From positions 16,019 through 80,018 of the forward strand of contig CAZXOA010000002.1 of the NCBI GenBank assembly GCA_964642275.1: a stretch of DNA of 64,000 nt, given 5' to 3'. Below the pieces are notes generated by a model. The model searched no databases. It was not told the DNA's origin and saw nothing but the letters and a program-made list of their open reading frames with translations. Below are positions 1-7,731 of this stretch, piece after piece. Every line of letters begins with the position of its first letter. The stretch's first letter is position 1. The translations under genes were made by a program, and so were the position numbers. The DNA is from an uncultured Candidatus Saccharibacteria bacterium. GTDB taxonomy: Bacteria > Patescibacteriota > Saccharimonadia > Saccharimonadales > JACDBH01.

Positions 1-1013
1 TGATTGCGCTGGTGATCAAGAACGGCCAAAAACCTGCCGAAACCGAGGGCAATCTGATGCTCAAGCAGGATTTGGTGACTATAAATGAGCAAATGCTGGC
101 CTTGCGAGAAGGTTTGCAAGGGCATTTGACGCTGCGGCTTGATAAAAACCAGGAGAGCATGACTGAGCAACTCAAAGCCAGTCAGCAGATGATCAAGGAT
201 GTCACCGAGCGGCTCACTAAACTTGACGATACAAACAAGAGAGTGGTTGACGTAGCTGACGAACTCAAACAGCTGCAGAATGTCCTGCAAAATCCCAAGC
301 AGCGGGGAGTTTTAGGTGAATTCTACCTTGACCAGATTCTGCAGAACTTATTACCGCCGGGCAGCTACGAACTGCAGTACAAGTTTGGCGAGGGTCTGGT
401 GGTAGACGCGGTCATCAAGCTTGACGGCAAACTACTACCGATTGACAGCAAATTCAGTCTTGAGAACTACAACCGTTTACTCGAACTCAAGGGCGAGGCA
501 CGGACTGTGCTTGAAAAGCAGTTCAAAGAAGACCTCAAGAAGCGTATCGATGAAACAGCCAAATATATTTTGCCCAAAAAGGGTACGCTTGAGCAGGCGC
601 TGATGTTCATCCCATCAGAAGCAATCTATTATGATCTGCTTGCCAATAAAGTCGGCGCCGGTGGTGTCAATGGCCGCGACCTTATGCAGTATGCTGCGGT
701 AGATAAGCACGTGACGATTGTGGGTCCGAGCACGCTTAGCGCCATGCTGCAGGTAATTGTGCAGGGGCTACGCAGCCTTGAGATTCAGAAAGACACTGAA
801 GTTATCCGTAAGAATGTTGAACAACTCCAGAAGCACCTGATTGGCTACGATGGTTACTTCAAGAAAATAGGGACAAGCCTCGGTGCAACTGTTGGCCATT
901 ATAATAATGCGTCAAAAGAGCTGGGTAGGATTGACAAAGACGTGGTCAAAATAGCCGGCGGCGATGCTGTGCTTGATCCGCTTATGCTTGACAAACCCCA
1001 ATCAGACGAATAA
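1..1013 (+). CDS. rmuC: DNA recombination protein RmuC, C-terminal part (5' end runs off the window)
   Basis: Frame is open from base 3. A coiled-coil region is followed by an RmuC-type core (MFIPSEAIYYDLL, VGPSTLSAMLQV). Stop TAA at 1011-1013. Confidence 0.8.
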   Translation, partial: IALVIKNGQKPAETEGNLMLKQDLVTINEQMLALREGLQGHLTLRLDKNQESMTEQLKASQQMIKDVTERLTKLDDTNKRVVDVADELKQLQNVLQNPKQRGVLGEFYLDQILQNLLPPGSYELQYKFGEGLVVDAVIKLDGKLLPIDSKFSLENYNRLLELKGEARTVLEKQFKEDLKKRIDETAKYILPKKGTLEQALMFIPSEAIYYDLLANKVGAGGVNGRDLMQYAAVDKHVTIVGPSTLSAMLQVIVQGLRSLEIQKDTEVIRKNVEQLQKHLIGYDGYFKKIGTSLGATVGHYNNASKELGRIDKDVVKIAGGDAVLDPLMLDKPQSDE

Positions 1014-1024
1014 ATTTACTCCTC

Positions 1025-1240
1025 ATGGAAACACCCCGAGATATATTTGCAGATGGTGGTTACGAAGAGCTTGCGACAGTATTTATAGCGGGTGGTGATA
1101 GCGCGCTTAAAGATGCTAATCGTTACACCGACCGAGGCTTGTCGCCAACAGAGGCGGCCAAAAAAGTTATTGATGAGATGACTCTCGGAGGGAGACTCTC
1201 GGAACAACAGGCGGCTACTTACCGGTCCTATCTCCCTTAA
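1025..1240 (+). CDS. small hypothetical protein (71 aa)
   Basis: ATG lies 8 nt after a TAAATT -10-like box, the leaderless spacing seen elsewhere in the window. No recognisable domain. The 3' end overlaps the convergent gene by 26 nt. Confidence 0.4.
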   Translation: METPRDIFADGGYEELATVFIAGGDSALKDANRYTDRGLSPTEAAKKVIDEMTLGGRLSEQQAATYRSYLP

Positions 1241-2582
1241 ATTTAACTAAATCTATAATCAGTGCGGCGGTCCAAGCAAAGTCGGCGGCACCAATGCCTT
1301 TGCCGTCGATGGGGTCAAAATATTCGAATGGTCCGGACTTATCGACGACGGCAATGCTTCGCTTTGTGAGTTCGTCGGCTTCTTCATCAAAGCCGTAGCG
1401 CCGTAACCCGTCAATAATCAGCCAGTTGGTATTGAGCCACGACGGCCCCTGCCAGTACCGGTCAGAGTCGAAGAATGGCGAGTCAAGCGGCACGCTCGGT
1501 ACCGGGTGGTGCAGCCAGTATTTACGATGATTTTTGAGCAGTGCTACGAGCTCTTTAGCTCGTTCCTGTGTGATTGTGCCGGCGTACAGCGGCATAAAGG
1601 TGCCGATAGTTGGCTCTAGGATGAGTTTGTGGGTAATGAAATCGCGCGAATAGTATTGACCGCTTGGCTCGTCGTATAGTTTCTCAAGCGCCTCTTCGGA
1701 ATATTTCATCTTTGCCAGCAAATCTTCGGGAATTTTGCGTCTGATAGATTTGGCTATCTGCTGCAGCTGCGTGTTATTGCGTACCAGGATGCTGTTGAAC
1801 GTTACATCCTGGGTGGCAAACAGGGCACGATGCAGGATTTTATCGATATCATAGCGCTTGCGGCGCAGGCGGCGCACAACATCCCAGAGCAGCAGCGCCT
1901 CGAGCGAGCTGATGCGCTGTCCCGGGTTTACTGTCCGGGTATCCCTGCGCAAAAAGTTAATAACTTTTTGCAGGCGGAATTTTTCGATAAGTGCAATCCA
2001 CCAGGGGCGGCTGTGTTCATATAGCTGGTGCACCCACGGCGGTGTGTTGTCGAGGCCGACTTCGTACGGATGGACGAGCAGCGCCAGGCCCTCGCCGTGC
2101 GGGTCGCGTTCGGCATAAATCCATGTGTGATAGCGGATGAGCGGTTCGTACATAAAATGATAAAACTCATGCCTGAGATCTTTTGGCAGCTTCTCGCCCA
2201 CCTTGACGACGGCATCGGCAATCATTGGCGGCTGCGTGATACCGCTGGTTGCCACACTATCGGGGGCATGCGGGTTGAGCCAGCTTTTCCAAGCGTCACG
2301 CTCGAGCTGGTATTGTCTGCCCTCAGCAAAGATCATGTTGGGTATCATGCCGTTAGCCCACTGGCCGCGCACGAGGTTAGCGACCTCTTCGGCAGCCCGC
2401 TCGGCATCGAGATGTCGAAGCCCGATAGCCACAAACGCACTGTCCCACAGCCACTGATGCGGGTAGAGCTTGGCCGGCGAGGTGTGCCCACCGCGGTCAT
2501 TCTCTTTGAGTACTTTATACATCCGCTCAACAATGTCATCAGAGAATGACGCCTCTTGAAAAGCTGTTTTGTCTGCTTCCAT
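1215..2582 (-). CDS. six-hairpin (alpha/alpha)6 glycoside hydrolase, GH63/mannosylglycerate-hydrolase-like
   Basis: 455-aa ORF. The HQWLWDSAF motif and overall pattern are typical of GH63 / debranching-enzyme-like glucosidases. Confidence 0.7.
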   Translation of the reverse strand: MEADKTAFQEASFSDDIVERMYKVLKENDRGGHTSPAKLYPHQWLWDSAFVAIGLRHLDAERAAEEVANLVRGQWANGMIPNMIFAEGRQYQLERDAWKSWLNPHAPDSVATSGITQPPMIADAVVKVGEKLPKDLRHEFYHFMYEPLIRYHTWIYAERDPHGEGLALLVHPYEVGLDNTPPWVHQLYEHSRPWWIALIEKFRLQKVINFLRRDTRTVNPGQRISSLEALLLWDVVRRLRRKRYDIDKILHRALFATQDVTFNSILVRNNTQLQQIAKSIRRKIPEDLLAKMKYSEEALEKLYDEPSGQYYSRDFITHKLILEPTIGTFMPLYAGTITQERAKELVALLKNHRKYWLHHPVPSVPLDSPFFDSDRYWQGPSWLNTNWLIIDGLRRYGFDEEADELTKRSIAVVDKSGPFEYFDPIDGKGIGAADFAWTAALIIDLVKFKGDRTGK

Positions 2583-2628
2583 TGTTTCTAGTATAGCGTA
2601 AGGGGTACAAAAGAGTAAGGCTGGGTGG

Positions 2629-3297
2629 TCAGATCTGGTAACTCAGGTCGGCGTAAAAGATACCGTCAGTAGTGTCGATTAATTGGACCAGATCATACAT
2701 ACTTGGAATCATACTGGAATCTTTAAAATCAGGTTCTTTGAGCCAAATATTCTCGCCATTCCGAGCTGCGTGGACAAGTTTGCCAGAGTAACTATCGGCA
2801 AACAGAAGCGTAAAGTGCACAAAACTTTCTTGATCATTGCCCCGGAACAGCTTCACATAGCCAGTACCTCTCACTTGGAAGTTACAGCTGAGGCCCGTTC
2901 TATCCATAAAGGTCTGCTTTGCCGTTACGGTAATCTTCTCGTTGCCCTTGGGTTCTGCATGGGTAAATCCGATTTTTTCAAACATCGGCTGCGCAAGCCG
3001 TTTTCTGAGCAGCCAGCCGTCTTCTTCTGTTCTGAGGCACAACAGCATAACTGAGTGCGCCTGCTCAAGCAGCTCTTTTTTACTGAGAGTCACATTGATA
3101 CCTGCTACTCGTCCGAGCGGGGTAAGGCTATAGAGGCCGTCGTCAGTTTTGAAGACAAGCTTCTCTTTAATAAGTTGCTTTAAATGATACGTAAATACAT
3201 TGCTGTCGACATGCCTGGGTCTTAGATCGGCAAACCTCGCAGAATCGCTCAGTACAAGCCGGTAGAGAATATCCTTTTGTAGGTGGTGTTCCTGCAT
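2629..3297 (-). CDS. winged-helix DNA-binding protein with an uncharacterised C-terminal domain
   Basis: 222 aa. The N-terminus (ILYRLVLSDSARFADL...TYHLKQLIKEKLV) looks like an ArsR/MarR-type wHTH. Confidence 0.55.
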   Translation of the reverse strand: MQEHHLQKDILYRLVLSDSARFADLRPRHVDSNVFTYHLKQLIKEKLVFKTDDGLYSLTPLGRVAGINVTLSKKELLEQAHSVMLLCLRTEEDGWLLRKRLAQPMFEKIGFTHAEPKGNEKITVTAKQTFMDRTGLSCNFQVRGTGYVKLFRGNDQESFVHFTLLFADSYSGKLVHAARNGENIWLKEPDFKDSSMIPSMYDLVQLIDTTDGIFYADLSYQI

Positions 3298-3459
3298 CGT
3301 AGGTCAATTCTATTTGACTCAAAACACTAAGTCTAGAGAATCTACCTGTCGCACAGTATCGTTATGGGTGTAAGCAAAGACCGTCAAGGTAAATTTTACG
3401 TTGAGAGTTCTGAGCAAAGATCAATAATTAACAGCGCACAATAACTTAGGAGATAGAAA

Positions 3460-3723
3460 ATGATAGAACTGGGAGCCTCAGAGATCAAGCAGCTGGATGA
3501 TTTTGTGGCGGCCTTGGCTGACGTTAGGACACCTGATGATATGTTCCCGCCAGATCAGCCCGAGGGTGGTGTTCGCGAACCGCGTAATCCCGTAGTGCCG
3601 CCCATAATTGGTTGCGAGTGCATTAAGTTGGCTCGGGTTTATGATCTACAGGCAGCGCGCCAGCGGCAGTTGGGGCATAGCGCACTGCTGATGAGACAGA
3701 TAGATGAGCTGGTACCGGCCTAG
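3460..3723 (+). CDS. hypothetical protein (87 aa)
   Basis: AGGAG Shine-Dalgarno 7 nt upstream of the ATG. No recognisable domain. 4-nt convergent overlap with yajQ. Confidence 0.5.
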   Translation: MIELGASEIKQLDDFVAALADVRTPDDMFPPDQPEGGVREPRNPVVPPIIGCECIKLARVYDLQAARQRQLGHSALLMRQIDELVPA

Positions 3724-4214
3724 CGGTAGTTTTGGAATTGCAGCGGGAAGTCGAAGTCTTGTTCGCGGAGGAGTTGCATGACGGCTTGCAGGTCGTCCTT
3801 GCTGCTTGAAGTTACGCGGACTTCTTCTCCCTGGATCTGCGGTTTGACCTTAGGAAATTTTTCGCGGATAACAGCGGTGATCTTCTTGGCTTTCTCTTGG
3901 TCCAGGCCCTTTTTGAACGGCACTTCTTTGGTGATTTTGAGATTACTCGTGACAGAGTCTTTGCTGGTATCAAGCAGCTTCTGTGATTGGTTGCGGGCAG
4001 CCAACTTCTTGCGGACAATATCGAGGATAGCATCTACTTGCCAGTCGCCGTTGCCGGTGACCTTCAAGCCCTTTTTGTCGTCCAGCCACTCCACGGCAGC
4101 GGGTGTGCCCTTAAAGTCATAGCGGTTATCAAGCTCGCGCAACGTCTGGTCAAAGACGTTGTTAAGCTCAGCCTTGTCATAATCCGAAACAATATCGAAT
4201 GAAAATGTCGCCAT
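3720..4214 (-). CDS. yajQ: YajQ family nucleotide-binding protein (UPF0234)
   Basis: 164 aa. Full-length match to the YajQ pattern (SFDIVS...DFKG...FQNYR). Confidence 0.9.
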   Translation of the reverse strand: MATFSFDIVSDYDKAELNNVFDQTLRELDNRYDFKGTPAAVEWLDDKKGLKVTGNGDWQVDAILDIVRKKLAARNQSQKLLDTSKDSVTSNLKITKEVPFKKGLDQEKAKKITAVIREKFPKVKPQIQGEEVRVTSSSKDDLQAVMQLLREQDFDFPLQFQNYR

Positions 4215-4216
4215 AT

Positions 4217-4678
4217 TTAGTATATTCTATTCCAAGTCGGTAAGTTACTTGGTTCCACAAACTGGAGCTGGTGAGGGGATGTTTGTGGTACATCAATCTC
4301 TAGTCCGGGACAAACATGAATGTCTACTATAGAAGGCCCGCCGAGCTGATCTATGTCATCGACTATTCTAAACCAGAGCCCTCTGTGCGTGACATTTCTA
4401 ACCGATATTTCAGCTATATGCGCACTCAAAGATTTTATGTTATCAAAAAGAGCTGATCCTATCCCGCCAGCTCCTGTCAGAGAGTAGTCTTCATTTATGC
4501 CTCGACCAACAAAGAAGCTGGCTTTAAGATCTATGCCTCTAGGTGCAGAACCTGCAATGCTTAACAATGCACTTGTAGTAGCACGTATAGTCCTTAGGTC
4601 ATCCTCATTTGGTCCGCCTGGAGCACGTGCGAGTCTGCTTGCTGTGTCGAGAAATTTCTTTTCAAATTGAAGTTGCAT
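4217..4678 (-). CDS. hypothetical protein (153 aa)
   Basis: ORF ends 2 nt upstream of yajQ on the same strand. No recognisable domain. Confidence 0.55.
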   Translation of the reverse strand: MQLQFEKKFLDTASRLARAPGGPNEDDLRTIRATTSALLSIAGSAPRGIDLKASFFVGRGINEDYSLTGAGGIGSALFDNIKSLSAHIAEISVRNVTHRGLWFRIVDDIDQLGGPSIVDIHVCPGLEIDVPQTSPHQLQFVEPSNLPTWNRIY

Positions 4679-4783
4679 CGTTATGCCTATGTAAGTTTGG
4701 TAATGATATTACAGCAATAATTACAAAAAACATAAAGCCAAAGCTTATTCTTAGTGCATCTCTGTTGTACAATATATCTTAAG

Positions 4784-5812
4784 ATGAGTTATCAAAATCC
4801 AGATATTGCACGTGTGGCAGACGAGCTAAAGGCAAAGCTTGGTTCGCTTGAGGACAAAAGGGCTATTTTGCGTGATCCTGCGCTCAAGGGTTTGTTTGAC
4901 CAGCTCAAGACTTTGCCGTCAGAGCAACGCGGGGCTTTTGGTAAAGAGGTTAATCTACTTCGAGCGGAGCTCGAAGATCAAGTATCAAGTATCAAGTATC
5001 AAGTATCAAACCTGCCGCCGATTGATATCACCGCGCCGTGGGATGTAAATGTACCAGCCGACAAGCGGCCGAAATTCTTCTCCGTAGAGCAAGCTAGCCT
5101 ACATCCGCTGACACAAGAGATTGACCGTATAGCCGATATCTTCCAGCGTATGGGGTTTGTAGCGGAGGAGTCGCGCGAGATTGATGACGATTACCATATG
5201 TTCGAGAGCCTGAACTTCCCAGAAGGCCACCCGGCTCGTGACGATTACGACACGTTTATGACTGACGAGGGCCTGATAGCACCGGCACACACCAGCACCA
5301 TGCAAAACCGCTTGCTGCAAAAATACCGGACTAATCTGGAAAAGGGCGAGCCAATCGCCGCGTTGATACCCGGCCGCGTGTTTCGCAACGAAGACCTTGA
5401 TGCCACGCACGAGCATACCTTCCATCAGTTTGAGGGTGTGTACGTGGGCAAGGGCGTGACAGTGGGTAATCTTATCGCCACGCTCAGTGCGTTTATGAAC
5501 GAATATTACGGCCAGGAGTTAAAGACCAAGCTGCAGCCGTTTTACTTCCCATTTACAGAGCCGAGTTTTGAATTTGCCATTGAGCGGCCGGAAGTCCTGC
5601 GCAAAGACAACAGCGAGGAGCAAAAGTGGCTGGAGCTATTGGGCTGCGGCATGATTCACCCCAATGTGCTCAGGATGGCCGGCATAGATTCCAATGAGTA
5701 CACGGGCTTTGCTTGGGGCTGCGGCGTCGAACGTCTGGTCATGATGAAGCACGGCATAGAAGATATCCGCCACTTCGAATCCGCCAATCTAAAATTCCTG
5801 AGGCAGTTCTGA
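4784..5812 (+). CDS. pheS: phenylalanine--tRNA ligase alpha subunit
   Basis: Class II aaRS motifs (FRNE, GWAWGCGVERL-type C-terminus). ATG 4784 is preferred over GTG 4754 because it sits 10 nt after a TACAAT box. Confidence 0.95.
   Translation: MSYQNPDIARVADELKAKLGSLEDKRAILRDPALKGLFDQLKTLPSEQRGAFGKEVNLLRAELEDQVSSIKYQVSNLPPIDITAPWDVNVPADKRPKFFSVEQASLHPLTQEIDRIADIFQRMGFVAEESREIDDDYHMFESLNFPEGHPARDDYDTFMTDEGLIAPAHTSTMQNRLLQKYRTNLEKGEPIAALIPGRVFRNEDLDATHEHTFHQFEGVYVGKGVTVGNLIATLSAFMNEYYGQELKTKLQPFYFPFTEPSFEFAIERPEVLRKDNSEEQKWLELLGCGMIHPNVLRMAGIDSNEYTGFAWGCGVERLVMMKHGIEDIRHFESANLKFLRQF
4977..5008 (+). repeat. heptanucleotide tandem repeat (AGTATCA) x4.5 inside pheS
   Basis: Sequence read directly: atca agtatca agtatca agtatca agtatca. 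It encodes QVSSIKYQVS. Confidence 0.95.
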
Positions 5813-6117
5813 TGAGTGATATAGAACAGATGCGGCAACGGGCAGCTGATATTGATGATATCTATCGTGAGCGCGGGCCAGGATGGGGTTTGCGCGAGTA
5901 TACAGAAGGCGCGATGGGAGACCTCGGCGATCTCATGAAGCTTGTACAAGCGCAACATGGCCTGCGTCCGAAGGATGATATTGAGGCGCGTATAGAACAC
6001 GAGATAAATGACCTGCAGTGGTCAATACTTATGATGTATCGGGCGATTGGTAAGAAGCCGCTCGAGTCATTTATGCAGTGGGCAGATGAATTGGAACAAA
6101 GGATAGCCGGCTCATGA
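5812..6117 (+). CDS. small all-alpha MazG-like nucleotide pyrophosphohydrolase (tentative)
   Basis: 101 aa. ATGA overlap with the pheS stop. The helical pattern resembles the MazG/dCTPase-like family, but the acidic motif is degenerate. Confidence 0.5.
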   Translation: MSDIEQMRQRAADIDDIYRERGPGWGLREYTEGAMGDLGDLMKLVQAQHGLRPKDDIEARIEHEINDLQWSILMMYRAIGKKPLESFMQWADELEQRIAGS

Positions 6118-6392
6118 GTGTAATCGAGAAAAAGACCTGGCCCGATGCATTCGAAAGAATCCTGAGCGGCCAGAAAACATACGAACTCAGGCTTGCCGAT
6201 TGGGAGTGCAGCCCGGGTGACATTCTGATATTGAAGGAGTATCTTCCCGAGGAAAATGAATACACCGGACGCGAGATCCGCAAAAAGGTTGGCTTCGTCG
6301 GCAAGACAAAAGATCAAGCATACTTTGCTCCTGAACAGGTCGAACAGCACGGATTTCAGATAATTTCGCTTTTGCCGGAGGGTGAAGTATGA
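6114..6392 (+). CDS. ASCH/DUF3850-like PUA-fold protein
   Basis: 92 aa. KTWPDAFERILSGQKTYELR...GDILILKEY...EYTGR matches the DUF3850/ASCH pattern. ATGA overlap with the upstream gene. Confidence 0.7.
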   Translation: MSVIEKKTWPDAFERILSGQKTYELRLADWECSPGDILILKEYLPEENEYTGREIRKKVGFVGKTKDQAYFAPEQVEQHGFQIISLLPEGEV

Positions 6393-7018
6393 ACATATTA
6401 GTGTTTGGAGACAGCATCACGCAGGGTTATTGGGCTATTGAGCACGGCTGGGTGGATTTGATTCGTAGATACTACGGTGAAAAACAGCTGACAGATAGAG
6501 ATTATCACGGCATATATAATCTTGGTGTCGATGGGGATACCTCAGAAGATATCTTGCAGAGGATCGAAAACGAGGTCAGAGCGCGAATCAGAGATCGTCA
6601 CACTATCATGCCGATCGTTGTTGTACAGGCAGGCATCAATGATAATTTGCCGCAAGATACTGACCTGGCTGTTGCCATTGATACCTACAAGAAGAACTTG
6701 CGAGGAATTGTTTCAAGGGTAGAACCGATATCCACAAACATTGTATTCGTTGGATATCCTTCCTGTGATGAGAGCAAGACAACTCCTGTTTCTTGGGGAG
6801 AGTATTACTACACAAACGCAAAGACAAAGGCTCATGAAGAGGCCATGCGAGAAATAGCCGAAGAGGCAAAAGCAGTATTTGTGCCGGTATTTGATGAGTT
6901 CAAGAAGCACATTGATAATAACGAAGATCTTCTTCAAGATGGCTTGCATCCAAATGACAAGGGCCACCAGCTGATTGCTGATATCGTACTACCCAAGCTT
7001 GAGGAGTGTTTGAGATGA
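6389..7018 (+). CDS. SGNH/GDSL hydrolase family protein
   Basis: FGDSIT block I and DGLHPNDKGH block V. ATGA overlap with the upstream gene. Confidence 0.85.
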   Translation: MNILVFGDSITQGYWAIEHGWVDLIRRYYGEKQLTDRDYHGIYNLGVDGDTSEDILQRIENEVRARIRDRHTIMPIVVVQAGINDNLPQDTDLAVAIDTYKKNLRGIVSRVEPISTNIVFVGYPSCDESKTTPVSWGEYYYTNAKTKAHEEAMREIAEEAKAVFVPVFDEFKKHIDNNEDLLQDGLHPNDKGHQLIADIVLPKLEECLR

Positions 7019-7731
7019 GGGCATTTATAACTGGTGCGAACAGTCTGGTAAACGCAGCGTTGCTGGAAAAGCTCCTAGCGATGGGCTATGAAGTTACCGC
7101 ACATTATCACTCAGACAATGAAATGACCGCTGAAATCAAGCAAAAGTATCCGGATGTGAAGTTCATTCAAGCGGATTTTGCCGACCCGGATAGCTTTCAA
7201 AACCTGCTAGAGCAGATTAGTGGTGACAAGTTTGACGTACTGGTCAACGGCGCGGTGTATTACGCTGAGGCTGAAGATTGGCAGGTGCAAAGGAACTGGC
7301 ATGCTTGGCAGAAGAACTTCGCCGTCAACACCTCGTCAGCCGGTGTGCTAATGGCCGTTGCCGATAGGTTACTTAACAAAGGCAGCGTGGTAGTGAATAT
7401 CAGTTCGACGTTCGGCCAGAAGTATCTGGGTGAAATACAATTCACTATGTACGGAGCCAGCAAAGCTGCCCTGGACTCACTAACTGTTGCTTATGCGAAA
7501 AGATGGGCTCCTGATGTGCGAGTGGTCGGTATTGGACCCGGCTGGGTAAGGAGCGCTTGGAATGAAGATATGAGCGAGGAAGAGATGGCAGACATGCTTA
7601 AGGGCGTTGTTCCGGCTAAGCTTGTTGAGCCCGCGGAAATCGCGGACCTGATGGAGCTGATTATAAAAAATCCAAGTATAAATGCTACCACGATAATCAT
7701 CGATGGCGGGCTGGGAGCACCGATTATATGA
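7015..7731 (+). CDS. SDR family oxidoreductase
   Basis: ITGANSLVN glycine-rich motif and YGASKAAL catalytic YxxxK. ATG 7015 forms an ATGA overlap with the upstream stop. Confidence 0.85.
   Translation: MRAFITGANSLVNAALLEKLLAMGYEVTAHYHSDNEMTAEIKQKYPDVKFIQADFADPDSFQNLLEQISGDKFDVLVNGAVYYAEAEDWQVQRNWHAWQKNFAVNTSSAGVLMAVADRLLNKGSVVVNISSTFGQKYLGEIQFTMYGASKAALDSLTVAYAKRWAPDVRVVGIGPGWVRSAWNEDMSEEEMADMLKGVVPAKLVEPAEIADLMELIIKNPSINATTIIIDGGLGAPII

Noticed and set aside
3688-3695. CTGATGAG, the hammerhead ribozyme core motif
   Set aside because: It lies inside a coding ORF with no nearby GAAA or cleavage-site helices. It is a chance occurrence.
4754-4783. Upstream GTG start for pheS (MHLCCTIYLK...)
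   Set aside because: It adds a non-conserved Cys-rich extension, and the TACAAT -10 box lies inside it. ATG 4784 (MSYQNPD) fits the promoter geometry.
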